Shown here piece after piece: positions 28,317 to 38,420 of a DNA stretch of 64,000 bases. Where the stretch lies: the IMG/VR virus record IMGVR_UViG_3300024259_001623. One strand, written 5' to 3'. Within the stretch, counting starts at the first letter, position 1; each line of letters opens with the position of its first letter. Position numbers and translations under genes: made by a program. This DNA is from a virus (Duplodnaviria > Caudoviricetes). Below the pieces are notes generated by a model, which did no database searches, was not told the DNA's origin, and saw only the letters and a list, made by a program, of their open reading frames with translations.

Positions 28317-29317
28317 AATATGCTTTCTATAATGTTGATTAAATGATCAGAAGCTTGATCTAAACTTAAATGCTTCTCGTAATAGTCTCTTGTATTTATT
28401 CTAGATAAACTATGAATATTATTATCTAACGCTTGTTTTAAATGGTCGCTTGTACCTTTTACCAACATCCCTGTATTCACATTGATATATTTATTTTGCC
28501 AAAAATTTATATTCTTAGTCGCAATAACAGGTATTCCGCAAGCCAAGTATTCGGGTATAACTCTTGGACAAGAATCATAATTGGTTGAACAACATATACC
28601 AACTTTACATTGACTTATTTTTTGGGGTAGTTCTTTTCTTAATGACCAGCCTCCCCATTCTATATTAGTTTTCAACTCTCTAGCCATTCTAACATATTTT
28701 TTATTAGTATTTCCTAAACTAAGGATTCTATATTTAGATTTAGAAAAAGCTTTAATAAGCATCTCATGCCTTTTTATTTCGCCCTGAGTTGCATTTGCCA
28801 TAAAACAGATATCATACTTCTTTTTAGTTTCAACAGGCTTAAAAAGCATAGCAGCAGGCTTTATGAACAGTTCTGCTCTTTTATGCTTATCTTTTTCTAT
28901 TATATTCTTTTGTCTCTTAGAATCTACGATAAACACATCATAATCTTTAAATGAACTGTTAGGAAATGATCTTACACCGGCTCCATAATATATTTTTTTA
29001 GCTTTAGGAAACTTTTTAACAACATTGTCATAATAAGAAAATCCCCCTCTACAGAAAATCAAATCAGGGGAGAATGGAACAAAATCATGTGAAAAGTTTT
29101 TGAAAGACGGAATCCATTGCTCTTTGAAATTATCATCAACAACAAATTCTCTATCTCCATTTACATAAAGAATTCTACCATTAGACTCCATTTTTTTATT
29201 GATAAAATAGAATAATTGAGTCCACATATCCTCGCAATTCTCTATTGAATCATAATACAGCTTTTCAGGATGTTCGTTTTTAGGCGGAACAGACCCTCTC
29301 AAAAATAAAATATTCAT
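28313..29317 (-). CDS. GT-B (GT4-like) glycosyltransferase
   Basis: ISQCKVGICCS..DSCPRVIPEYLACGIPVI; related to 25768-26694. Confidence 0.75.
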   Translation of the reverse strand: MNILFLRGSVPPKNEHPEKLYYDSIENCEDMWTQLFYFINKKMESNGRILYVNGDREFVVDDNFKEQWIPSFKNFSHDFVPFSPDLIFCRGGFSYYDNVVKKFPKAKKIYYGAGVRSFPNSSFKDYDVFIVDSKRQKNIIEKDKHKRAELFIKPAAMLFKPVETKKKYDICFMANATQGEIKRHEMLIKAFSKSKYRILSLGNTNKKYVRMARELKTNIEWGGWSLRKELPQKISQCKVGICCSTNYDSCPRVIPEYLACGIPVIATKNINFWQNKYINVNTGMLVKGTSDHLKQALDNNIHSLSRINTRDYYEKHLSLDQASDHLINIIESIL

Positions 29318-29318
29318 A

Positions 29319-30017
29319 TTATATCCTATAAGATCTCAAATATTCATTATAAACATCTTTCGGTGTTATCTCTTCCATATACATATCTATTTCGTCTATT
29401 TGTTTCTGATCCAATGTTTTTGCATGATAAGAAAAATCTAATACATTGTCTTTTGTATAAGATTTATTCGTTTTGTCATACTTAGCGATAGATTTTTTTC
29501 TATGACATTCTAGATCAAACTTTTTTGATGAGCGCTTTATCTTAATAAAATCAAGTATCTTCTCCATTTCGGAGAAATCTTTAATAAGGTCTTCATATCT
29601 AACAAGAATTTTATCTCCTGCGAAATTATGATATGCTTTAAGATTTGATACGTACTCACTCATCCTGCTTTTATCCATTTTCGCAGCACGTACATAAGAC
29701 TCTCTATAATCTCTCAATAACAAAACCATTTTAGAGAAAACCTGACGCCCTTCTTCATCATAAAAATTGCATCCCTCATACCCATGAATGTCACGATTCT
29801 TATATCTATCAATATCTCGATATTGTTCCAAATCAAAACAATCAACATTATGAGTTCTCTGTATAATAGGGTGTCCGAACTTAATTAAACGAAATTTGCC
29901 TGGCGTTCTTTGATTGGAGAATAACTCTATACAGTATCTAACCCAATTTAAACCTGATCTTCTAAAAGATACCAAAACTACTCTATCATCATGTTTATCA
30001 CTCAAATTATTTTTCAT
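29319..30017 (-). CDS. Sulfotransferase-domain protein
   Basis: LVSFRRSGLNWVRY, LLLRDYRES, LVRYEDL. Confidence 0.65.
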   Translation of the reverse strand: MKNNLSDKHDDRVVLVSFRRSGLNWVRYCIELFSNQRTPGKFRLIKFGHPIIQRTHNVDCFDLEQYRDIDRYKNRDIHGYEGCNFYDEEGRQVFSKMVLLLRDYRESYVRAAKMDKSRMSEYVSNLKAYHNFAGDKILVRYEDLIKDFSEMEKILDFIKIKRSSKKFDLECHRKKSIAKYDKTNKSYTKDNVLDFSYHAKTLDQKQIDEIDMYMEEITPKDVYNEYLRSYRI

Positions 30018-30794
30018 TTATAATATTCCCCAAGCCTTTTCATTAGCAACTACAAAAGAATTATTTCCTGATCTTCTCATTTTTCTTTTATTATTTAATC
30101 TTTTTTCATTCTCTGTCCTGTGAGCCGTAGCCAATTTATTAATTTTGAATATAGGATGCCATTGATGTAAAATAGCAGTTTTTGTATGTAACCATTTTAT
30201 ACTAAGCCCATAACTTCTAGCCCTAAAAACCATATCATTGTCCATACCGCCCCACATAGCTAATTTTTCATCGTACCCTCTAACTTTCTTAAACCAAGAA
30301 GTATTTGTAAACTGACAAGCTCCATTGGCAGAATTTTTGCCAAAAAATCTTCCTTTTTTGTTCAATCCATCAAAATCTCTCATAGAAAATTCTTTTACAT
30401 CATCTTTCTTGCCCAGCATATGAACTTTACATAATAACATATATTTCTTGTGTTTTTCCTTCCACAAAGTAGATATGAAATTTTTCTTAAATATATAATC
30501 AACATCAGTACACATAGTATACTTAGATTTAGATCTCTTTATACCTATATTAAGACCTTGTGACTTATTCCAAATTTTACCTCTCATTTTTTTATATATA
30601 TGATTAGCATCATATTTAGCACATAAATCATTTACTTTTGTAAAAGAAGAATCATTACTGATGTCTACAATCATAATTTCAGGAGAAATATCGCTATCCT
30701 GGTTCCTGATAGAATATAAAAAATTATTTAATCTACAAGCCCCTCTATTACCAATATTATGAACAAAACAAATTATAGATAGCTCATTCGCCAT
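30018..30794 (-). CDS. GT2 / GT7-C glycosyltransferase (paralog of 35838-36629)
   Basis: WNKSQGLNIGIK...MCTDVDYIF...VRGYDEKLAMWGGMDND. Confidence 0.75.
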   Translation of the reverse strand: MANELSIICFVHNIGNRGACRLNNFLYSIRNQDSDISPEIMIVDISNDSSFTKVNDLCAKYDANHIYKKMRGKIWNKSQGLNIGIKRSKSKYTMCTDVDYIFKKNFISTLWKEKHKKYMLLCKVHMLGKKDDVKEFSMRDFDGLNKKGRFFGKNSANGACQFTNTSWFKKVRGYDEKLAMWGGMDNDMVFRARSYGLSIKWLHTKTAILHQWHPIFKINKLATAHRTENEKRLNNKRKMRRSGNNSFVVANEKAWGIL

Positions 30795-31611
30795 TTCTTA
30801 CCTTCTTTCCTGACATATTATAATTTAATTCCTTATATTCTACATATATTCTATTTTTCTTTTTTAAAGTTACATAATCTTTATTTTGTTTAACTTTATA
30901 CGAGGCAGAAAACAACCTATTCTTAACACTAATTGCTCCCTTATACGCTTTTTCATGCATCTTTATATACTCTTCGCTTTGATATGCATCATAGAAATTA
31001 TTTTCATCATTAAGACCTGCTCTACAGCATCTCATAGAATAATCTGTATGTCCTCCACCACACATCCCCATGTTCGCAACATCGATATATCCTACTTTCT
31101 CAATAGTCCTTGGAGTAAAAGTCCAAAAACAACCAAAAGCGTCACAAACTCCTCTTACTAGGCATTGTATTGATTTATCTGGATCAAGAATAAGCTTTTT
31201 TCTTATGGTATATTTAGGTCTATACTTTTTTGTCCAACGCAAATTAAAGAAACATAAATGATCATAGCCAGATTTCTGCATTGCTCTTACATACAAATCA
31301 TCCCAACCATTTCTACTAAACAAAACATCATCATCTGCCATAAAACCAAAATCAAAACCCATATCATATGATTCTTTCATCATCTTATTCTTTTGAAAAT
31401 GGACTCCTCTCCTCTGATTCTTAAATACTATAACATTATCGTATTTAGACTGTAACCTATCGCAGTATTCAAGAGTACCATCTATTGAACCATCATCAGC
31501 TATCATAACAGTCCAATCATGATCATTATTTTTACTATCATTCCAAGAAGAAAAAATAGCCTTCAAATATTTCAGTCTATTATATGTTGTTATTCCTAAA
31601 ACTAATTTCAT
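30784..31611 (-). CDS. GT2 glycosyltransferase
   Basis: ITTYNRLKYL, IADDGSIDGT, FMADDDV, VGYID...HTDYSMR. Confidence 0.8.
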   Translation of the reverse strand: MKLVLGITTYNRLKYLKAIFSSWNDSKNNDHDWTVMIADDGSIDGTLEYCDRLQSKYDNVIVFKNQRRGVHFQKNKMMKESYDMGFDFGFMADDDVLFSRNGWDDLYVRAMQKSGYDHLCFFNLRWTKKYRPKYTIRKKLILDPDKSIQCLVRGVCDAFGCFWTFTPRTIEKVGYIDVANMGMCGGGHTDYSMRCCRAGLNDENNFYDAYQSEEYIKMHEKAYKGAISVKNRLFSASYKVKQNKDYVTLKKKNRIYVEYKELNYNMSGKKVRNGE

Positions 31612-32457
31612 TTATTCAATCCCATATCTTATCTTAATAGGCCCTGGATGCTCTCCAGTAAATCTTTTTGTTTTCCCTCCGCGAACGGTAGGATGAACAC
31701 TATGCTTCAATTCTACAAGCTTTCTGTTATCATCCCATCTCTTCCATACATTCTTATACCATAAAAGCAAATCTCTTCTCTTGAATAATTTACTATAATA
31801 ATATATCTTCTCTCTTACTTGTTTATCCAAAACATATGAATAATGATACATAAATGTTTTATTATCTCCAGCAAATAATGGTCTTATCTTTTTGACATTC
31901 CTGCCTTTGTTATCCAGAATAGTAGGAGGTATTTTTTCTCCTCTTCCACTTTGGAACAACGAACCTTTATAATATTTGAATATTCTAGGTATTGGAGTAT
32001 TATACCCCCAGCCTTTACCGCTATCATAAGCTATAGTATGTATATTTTTAAAAAAGTTATACATATTAAATTCTACATAGGTAAAGTTTTTGTTTCTTAA
32101 TCTTTTTATGACATGCTTAATACCAGCACCTGTATATAGTTCATCAGCATCTAAAACCCAAATATAATCAGTATCTCCTGGCATTGCTTTTAGTGTCAAA
32201 TTGCTCTGCTGAGTTTCATTTTTATAAAATGAGTCATTTTGTATTAAAACGACCTTATTATTTGGATCAGGAAATTGCTTTATAATATTTATGGTATTAT
32301 CTTGTGATCTTGGAGTTTTCCATCTATGAGTATTACCCCATTTCGCTGTTGCTCCCTCGGCAATTATTATTTTATGTGCATAAGGATAAACACATTCTAA
32401 ACATTCCCTTAAAAAATATTCTCCATTGCATACTGTCATACTAAAACAAATATTCAT
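31612..32457 (-). CDS. GT2-like glycosyltransferase
   Basis: MTVCNGEYFL.ECLE...IIIAEGA...SQDNT...WVLDADELY...YHYSYV. Confidence 0.75.
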   Translation of the reverse strand: MNICFSMTVCNGEYFLRECLECVYPYAHKIIIAEGATAKWGNTHRWKTPRSQDNTINIIKQFPDPNNKVVLIQNDSFYKNETQQSNLTLKAMPGDTDYIWVLDADELYTGAGIKHVIKRLRNKNFTYVEFNMYNFFKNIHTIAYDSGKGWGYNTPIPRIFKYYKGSLFQSGRGEKIPPTILDNKGRNVKKIRPLFAGDNKTFMYHYSYVLDKQVREKIYYYSKLFKRRDLLLWYKNVWKRWDDNRKLVELKHSVHPTVRGGKTKRFTGEHPGPIKIRYGIE

Positions 32458-33405
32458 TTATCTAACCTTATAAAATTTTCTCATTTCTGGATTTTTTCTA
32501 AACAAACTCTTTATAATACTCGATTCTTCTGTTGAAGCCTCAAGTATCGCATTCATATAATCTCTACCGTCTACCGGCTGACCGCCCCATAAAGTAATTT
32601 TATTACAGATATCTAACACATCGCTATTTATATCTGATATATCTACATTATCATATACGGAACTCTTAAAATAAGTCGCCCCATCTCGTCTTCTTTTAAC
32701 AGGTGCATGAGGACGATCAAATCTTTTCATATATCTATGGTCATCAAAAACAGGATATCTAATAGGACAATCAAGAACTTTGGAAACGAACTTCCTATTT
32801 CTCTTGCTGAAAAAGTATCTGACCAATAATCTTTGATCATCTCCCCATTTGAATTTATTTGTAGGAGAAACCAATTCATTATAGTCACTAGTTATAAGTC
32901 TTCTATCTCTTAATAAGGCAGCATTAAATCCGCATAGACCTCCATATATGGGAATAGAATTATGATGAGGATGACATCTCATACTATGAACATGCATCTC
33001 TTCAGCTTGCTTAAAAAATCTAACACTTTGAACTTCTTTCTGTTCAGGGATAGAATCTATATCTCTACAAAAACAAAACTTGACTTTCTTGTACCATAAA
33101 GGCTTCAATCTCCACAGCATAGGCTTGGAGTCTTTATAACTATCATCTAATATTTTGATTTCTACTTTGTCTGTGCTTTCGGATATTTGCTGTAGAAAAT
33201 CGAATACAGGCTTAGTAATCATATTTTTATGTACAAAAAATTTAGAAACAGAATCTTTGAAGAATTCTGAATTAGCTATAATAATTATTGGAATATTATA
33301 CCAATATCTATAATTATCATTCCTTAAAGGATCATGCCTTCTTACAGATTTTGTCTTCTTTCCGTATAAAGAATATGCTATTACATTTTTTTCTTTAATT
33401 CCCAT
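32458..33405 (-). CDS. Putative glycosyltransferase (GT-A-like)
   Basis: VIAYSLYG...MLWR..PL...CRDIDS...HSMRCHP.H...I.GGLCG...GDDQ..L, a pattern typical of uncharacterised GTs in viral glycan clusters. Confidence 0.5.
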   Translation of the reverse strand: MGIKEKNVIAYSLYGKKTKSVRRHDPLRNDNYRYWYNIPIIIIANSEFFKDSVSKFFVHKNMITKPVFDFLQQISESTDKVEIKILDDSYKDSKPMLWRLKPLWYKKVKFCFCRDIDSIPEQKEVQSVRFFKQAEEMHVHSMRCHPHHNSIPIYGGLCGFNAALLRDRRLITSDYNELVSPTNKFKWGDDQRLLVRYFFSKRNRKFVSKVLDCPIRYPVFDDHRYMKRFDRPHAPVKRRRDGATYFKSSVYDNVDISDINSDVLDICNKITLWGGQPVDGRDYMNAILEASTEESSIIKSLFRKNPEMRKFYKVR

Positions 33406-34070
33406 TCAAACCACCTATTAGGATGACCATTCTTTTTATAAATCGTCTTCTCCAGCCAAGTTCTACCTGTATCCTGAACTAACCTTGCATAAATATTTTT
33501 TCTTGGATAATGATAAGAACAAAATTGACTTTTACAAACTTCTCTTATTTTTTGTTCTGGATTATGTTGAGGCGAAATCTTTTTACATACGTTTCTTGCC
33601 CATTCAGCATCAAACAAAGAAGGAGTCAGGCAAATTCTAAAATCTTTAAATCCATATACTCTCAATGATACTCCTATAACCTCTGCACCTGCCGTACCAT
33701 GTATTCTGCCAGCCTTTGGCCCTCTATTAATTGAAAGATAATTCAATATATCTGATATCTCAAATTTTTTCATCATTTTCCAATCATCTTCCAAATGAAA
33801 CAACATCTTTCCTTTAGTTTGGCTCCAACACCATCTCAATGCATTAGAAAAATTAGCCTTTTCAGGGATGTTATAAATAACTTCTCCAAAAAACTCTTTT
33901 GCCACATTCACAACGTCCATTGGATCTTTATTATAAGGAACAGGATCTACATTTAAATATAATGTAGACTTTTTAAAATCCACATCAAGCATTTTTCGAT
34001 TAAAGCTCTTATATGTTCTTCTTAATAATTTAGGACGACAGACAGCAGTAGTTGTAAAATCTAAATTCAT
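33381..34070 (-). CDS. GT-A-like glycosyltransferase (paralog of 21867-22541)
   Basis: LDFTTTAVCRP...LYLNVDP...ALRWCWS...FHLEDDW. Confidence 0.55.
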   Translation of the reverse strand: MNLDFTTTAVCRPKLLRRTYKSFNRKMLDVDFKKSTLYLNVDPVPYNKDPMDVVNVAKEFFGEVIYNIPEKANFSNALRWCWSQTKGKMLFHLEDDWKMMKKFEISDILNYLSINRGPKAGRIHGTAGAEVIGVSLRVYGFKDFRICLTPSLFDAEWARNVCKKISPQHNPEQKIREVCKSQFCSYHYPRKNIYARLVQDTGRTWLEKTIYKKNGHPNRWFEWELKKKM

Positions 34071-34930
34071 TTAAATATCCCCCATCGTTTAGTATCAATA
34101 GGTAAACAAATAATCTTTTTATTTTTATTTTTTCTATAGATAATTCTATTATTTTCTCTTAATTTCTCTGATAACCAATTTTTTTCATGCTTATGAGAGA
34201 TATGATATACAGTAAAATAACTATTAGGACGCAAAGTTCCTTTTTTGTAATATCTAAAAGCTCTTAAATTAAAATCCAAATCTTCTAATCCATGACCAAT
34301 GAATCGTTCATCAAATCCGCCCAATTTAAAGAAATCATCTTTGGGCATAGTAAAATGACTATTACCTAAAGCTTTTGTCCTATAAAATTCTGGATCGCTT
34401 CTCATATTAGAAGGTAAATCATTTAATTTGATTTCTTTTTTAGTATATCTCTCTAATGCCAACTTATGTCTATTAATATTTTTGCACAATATGGCATATA
34501 ATTCTTTTTTAGTAAGATTATTGCAATTCTTTTTTATTCTTTGAGATACTCTATCATTTACGAATCTAACCCTATGAGCCAATTTAGTTTTTGTACCATT
34601 TTTAAAAAAATCATCTACATGACCAAGAAAACCTGGCAAAACCATAGAATCTATGTCTAACATAGTTATTAAATTGCCAGAAGCCTTGGAAGCACAATGG
34701 TTTAAGGCTTTAGTCTTCCAGAATGGCCCTGCATATCTAACTTTCAAAACTTTTAAATTCATCTTGTCTTTATACAAGTTAAATATTTTATCTGAACCAT
34801 CTGTACTATTCAAATCTGTAACAATAACTTCATACTTAGCATTAGTTTCTTCGCCAGATAAATACAAACTTCTCAGAAAAGTTTTTAGACATGCTTTCCT
34901 ATTTCTATATGCAGAAATTATTGTGTTCAT
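34067..34930 (-). CDS. GT2 / GT7-C glycosyltransferase
   Basis: SAYRNRK, VTDLNSTDGS, WKTKALN, MLDIDS, LGGFDERFIGHGLEDLDF. Confidence 0.8.
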   Translation of the reverse strand: MNTIISAYRNRKACLKTFLRSLYLSGEETNAKYEVIVTDLNSTDGSDKIFNLYKDKMNLKVLKVRYAGPFWKTKALNHCASKASGNLITMLDIDSMVLPGFLGHVDDFFKNGTKTKLAHRVRFVNDRVSQRIKKNCNNLTKKELYAILCKNINRHKLALERYTKKEIKLNDLPSNMRSDPEFYRTKALGNSHFTMPKDDFFKLGGFDERFIGHGLEDLDFNLRAFRYYKKGTLRPNSYFTVYHISHKHEKNWLSEKLRENNRIIYRKNKNKKIICLPIDTKRWGIFK

Positions 34931-35841
34931 ATATATGAAATCGGAATTTTCAAGATAAAAAAAGAATCACATAATACTTGAGTTTTATAATTTTCTCTTA
35001 TAGCCAAAATATTACCATCTACATCATAAGTCTTCCTACAAGACTTTCCCAATGGCGAAAATATATTTTGCACATATACATGAGGAATCTTTTTCATCAT
35101 AGTATCTCTTATATAGAAAATTAAATCATCATCTGTAGATTTCCAATGATTGTTTTTATAGGCTGGGAATATCTTTAATAAATGAACAGGCGTATTTTTA
35201 TCATGATCACATATTATTTTAGTAATATCTTCTATATGTTCGTCATCTATAGACGTTGTAGTAATACCATTACTATTTGGATATATTGGAATACTAATTT
35301 CTACATGAGCATTGCTGTTTAATGCATGGATTATATTCTCTAATATCAATATGTAACTATAGCACAAATCATCATCTTCTATTCCGGCCACATCATGATA
35401 AGACTTTTTGCCCCCTTTCAAATCTATGTTAATAGCATCTGAATATTCACAGACATGATTCCAAAACTCTCTTTCTATAAAAGCATTAGTCTTCAAAAAG
35501 GTAAACATGCCAGCCTTCTTAGACATATCAAATAGATTTAATAAATATTCATAATAAACCGTTGGTTCATTATAAGTCATGCCCACTCCATCTACCTTAT
35601 TTTCGATAGCGATATCTACAATCTCTTTACATGATTTGAGATTTTTATTATCACCACCATGCTGACTTATTTTCCAATTTTGACAATAATTACATTTCAA
35701 AGAACATCCATATCCTCCAACAGAAAGAACTGAAGAATTAGGTCTAAAATGGTAGAAAGGTTTTTTCTCTATAGGATCAACAGACAGATTGCTTATGTCC
35801 ATAACTGGAGATATAGTATTGTCAATTATATGAGTTTTCAT
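34927..35841 (-). CDS. amrS: AmmeMemoRadiSam-type radical SAM enzyme (AmrS-like), N-terminally shortened
   Basis: VDPIEKKPFYHF.P...LSVGGYGCSLKCNYCQNWKISQ (CxxxCxxC), TYNEPTVYYEY, AINIDLKG. Start set at ATG 35841, which overlaps the upstream stop (ATGA). Confidence 0.8.
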   Translation of the reverse strand: MKTHIIDNTISPVMDISNLSVDPIEKKPFYHFRPNSSVLSVGGYGCSLKCNYCQNWKISQHGGDNKNLKSCKEIVDIAIENKVDGVGMTYNEPTVYYEYLLNLFDMSKKAGMFTFLKTNAFIEREFWNHVCEYSDAINIDLKGGKKSYHDVAGIEDDDLCYSYILILENIIHALNSNAHVEISIPIYPNSNGITTTSIDDEHIEDITKIICDHDKNTPVHLLKIFPAYKNNHWKSTDDDLIFYIRDTMMKKIPHVYVQNIFSPLGKSCRKTYDVDGNILAIRENYKTQVLCDSFFILKIPISYI

Positions 35842-36629
35842 AAAACTCCCCATTCCCAACCTACATTCTTCGTTATAAAAGACACATCTGATTTCGAGCG
35901 TCTTTCTTCTTGTATCCTAATACGGCGATTATTCTTTTTATAATGCCTGAAAAATAATCTATTATATTTGTTCTTCTCTATCTGATGCCACTGATGCAAA
36001 ATAGATGTTTTGTCATCAATCCATTTTGTTTCCAAACCATCTGCACTAGCTCTCATCCAAATATCATAATCCATACCTGACCACATATTGAACGATTCAT
36101 CATATCCATGAACTTTATGAAACCAAGTAGTTCTCGCAAATTGACAAGAACCACAAGCTCGTAAATCCTCTAATAACTCTGATTCTTCTTTCAAATCGTC
36201 AAAAGAACTCATTCTGAAATTTATTAGATCGTGATCAGGTTTAGTCAAATGAACTCGACAAGAAAGCATACTCTTTTTGCTTCTTTCTTCCCATAAAACA
36301 GATATAAAATCTTTTTTGAAAATACTATCAACGTCTGTACACATAACATATTCTGTTCTACATTCTTTTATACCAGCGTTAAGGGCTTGTGGTTTATTCC
36401 ACATTCGACCATCTAATTCTTTATATATATGGGCAGCACCATATTTTTTGCATATCTTATGGACTTCTTGATATGAATCATCATTGCTCACGTCAACCAC
36501 AATAATATCAGGATATATATCACTATCTTGTTCTCTCAAAGAGTACAAGAAATTGTTCAATCTATATATCCCACGATTATAGATATTATGGATAAAACAA
36601 ACAACCGATAATCCATCCTTATACGTCAT
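35838..36629 (-). CDS. GT2 / GT7-C glycosyltransferase (paralog of 30018-30794)
   Basis: WNKPQALNAGIK...MCTDVDSIF...HGYDESFNMWSGMDYD...HQWH. Confidence 0.75.
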   Translation of the reverse strand: MTYKDGLSVVCFIHNIYNRGIYRLNNFLYSLREQDSDIYPDIIVVDVSNDDSYQEVHKICKKYGAAHIYKELDGRMWNKPQALNAGIKECRTEYVMCTDVDSIFKKDFISVLWEERSKKSMLSCRVHLTKPDHDLINFRMSSFDDLKEESELLEDLRACGSCQFARTTWFHKVHGYDESFNMWSGMDYDIWMRASADGLETKWIDDKTSILHQWHQIEKNKYNRLFFRHYKKNNRRIRIQEERRSKSDVSFITKNVGWEWGVL

Positions 36630-36631
36630 AA

Positions 36632-37234
36632 TTAATCTGCACCAACCTCTTCTACTTCCTTGACTTCTTCTACTTCCTTACCATACTTATCTTCTTTCCA
36701 TCTCTCTCCTACAATGCATTTTCCGGAAAGATGATCTAATTCGTGCTGTATAACTCTTGCCTTAAAATGGAAATATTTTTGCTCTTCTTGCTTTTCCATC
36801 TTTTCATTCCAATAAGTGATCATGATCTCTGGATACCTGGCGACAGATGTGCTAAAACCGGGATAAGACAAACAACTTTCTTTCTTTCTCTGTTCAAACC
36901 CGCTATAAATATTAACATATGGGTTGATCATAACTGTATACTTGCCATTATTGTCAGGATCAATAACAATAACATTTTTTGTAACACCAATCTGATTAGC
37001 TGCCAAACCTACACCAGAAGGACTTGCATCTAAAACATTCTTCATATCCTTGATGAAGGATAAATCATCGCCGGGGCTTACCTTTTCACATTCTTCTGAT
37101 AAAATAGGATTATCATACTTTAAAATCTTCTTTCTAAGAGCAGTAATTCTAGCTACACGGCGTTGTCTATTTAAATTTTGCACCTTTTTTCTTTTATTGT
37201 CTCTGGTTTTCCCTCTCGGCTTCTTATTCGACAT
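36632..37234 (-). CDS. def: Peptide deformylase with a basic N-terminal extension
   Basis: GVGLAANQIG, ESCLSYPG and QHELDHLSG are the three PDF motifs. Confidence 0.92.
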   Translation of the reverse strand: MSNKKPRGKTRDNKRKKVQNLNRQRRVARITALRKKILKYDNPILSEECEKVSPGDDLSFIKDMKNVLDASPSGVGLAANQIGVTKNVIVIDPDNNGKYTVMINPYVNIYSGFEQRKKESCLSYPGFSTSVARYPEIMITYWNEKMEKQEEQKYFHFKARVIQHELDHLSGKCIVGERWKEDKYGKEVEEVKEVEEVGAD

Positions 37235-37243
37235 ACAAATCTC

Positions 37244-37642
37244 CTATCTAAATAATTTTAACTTTATCTTAATTGATCCATCTTCTTTAGTTTGAGTTTT
37301 ACCTAAAGAATATCGGCCAGCATTCTTTTTTACAAACTTAAAAACTTTATTTTTTGCGTATAATTGTTTCAACTTATTAAGTTTAAAAACTCCCTTATCA
37401 TATGCAGACAGGTGCATAATATACTTGCCGTCTACCTTTTCAAAACCAACATCATTACTGGCACTACCCACCTGCGATCTAGGAATCACAACATGAGCCT
37501 TTTGTTTTCTTTTATCCCCTTGGTATCCATACAGATTTACAGCATCTTGATGAACTTTAGGATTATACTTCATTTCTTTCAAAGCCTGTAAGAGGCAGTC
37601 CACATCATCCATTTCTATTTCTACAACATGAAATTCACTCAT
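37244..37642 (-). CDS. DUF1257-family protein
   Basis: MSEF..VE.EM.D...L..AL..M.Y...LYGYQGDKR.QKAHVVIPR..VG.ASNDVGF.....Y..H.S.YD. Confidence 0.7.
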   Translation of the reverse strand: MSEFHVVEIEMDDVDCLLQALKEMKYNPKVHQDAVNLYGYQGDKRKQKAHVVIPRSQVGSASNDVGFEKVDGKYIMHLSAYDKGVFKLNKLKQLYAKNKVFKFVKKNAGRYSLGKTQTKEDGSIKIKLKLFR

Positions 37643-37901
37643 CTGTTTCTCCTATCTTTCTTAATATCCAATGAGGAAGAATATTTAATCCCTCTGGCAC
37701 AATAACAGCTTTTTTATTACACCCTAAAACAACATCATCTTTTTTAGGCAAAGTAAAAACAAAAGTATGTTCATATCCATTTGGAGGATTCGGTATAAAA
37801 CCGGCCCCTTTACATGCAGGACAACCAAAAACATTAAAAGAACGATCAGATTCTCTAGATTCGATCTTGCCTTCGCCTTTACAAAAAGTACATTTTTCCA
37901 T
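37635..37901 (-). CDS. Small DnaJ-type zinc-finger protein
   Basis: Two CxxCxGxG repeats (CTFCKGEG, CPACKGAG). Confidence 0.6.
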   Translation of the reverse strand: MEKCTFCKGEGKIESRESDRSFNVFGCPACKGAGFIPNPPNGYEHTFVFTLPKKDDVVLGCNKKAVIVPEGLNILPHWILRKIGETDE

Positions 37902-37903
37902 TT

Positions 37904-38392
37904 TTACTCCCGGTTCATAACATATTCTATAAAATCATGAACAGCACCATGTCCACCGTCAAATAGAGCTATAAAGTTGCATTCGTCTTGTACATTACAA
38001 AGAGCGTCATTAGGGCAACCAGTTATCTTGCAACTCTCCATACACGCAAGATCATTTTCTGCATCTCCAATATACGCTACTTCGTCCCACTTTATTCCCT
38101 GTTCTTCCAAAAATTTCCCCAAAAACTTCTTTTTCTCCCCATGACAACCAGTTATTAAAAATAAATTATTCAGCAATTCTCTATAATAATATAGCCCTTT
38201 CACTTTTTCTTGGATAGCTCCATCAGCAGCAGAAGTTAAAATAAGAAACTTAAAACCTTCAGTCAACGCCTTTTGAATAGCATTGAAGTCTCTAGTATAA
38301 AAAGATTTAGACACAGTTCCAGCATCAGAAACGAGGTACATACCGTCAGTTAAAGTTCCATCAACATCAGTTACAATCAGTTTTATAGACAT
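37904..38392 (-). CDS. kdsC: KdsC-like HAD phosphatase (ulosonate-phosphate phosphatase)
   Basis: KLIVTDVDGTLTDG, VAYIGDAENDL..M, GGHGAVHDFIEY. Confidence 0.85.
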   Translation of the reverse strand: MSIKLIVTDVDGTLTDGMYLVSDAGTVSKSFYTRDFNAIQKALTEGFKFLILTSAADGAIQEKVKGLYYYRELLNNLFLITGCHGEKKKFLGKFLEEQGIKWDEVAYIGDAENDLACMESCKITGCPNDALCNVQDECNFIALFDGGHGAVHDFIEYVMNRE

Positions 38393-38420
38393 ATTTTCTC
38401 TCCAAAATAGACTCTAATAA

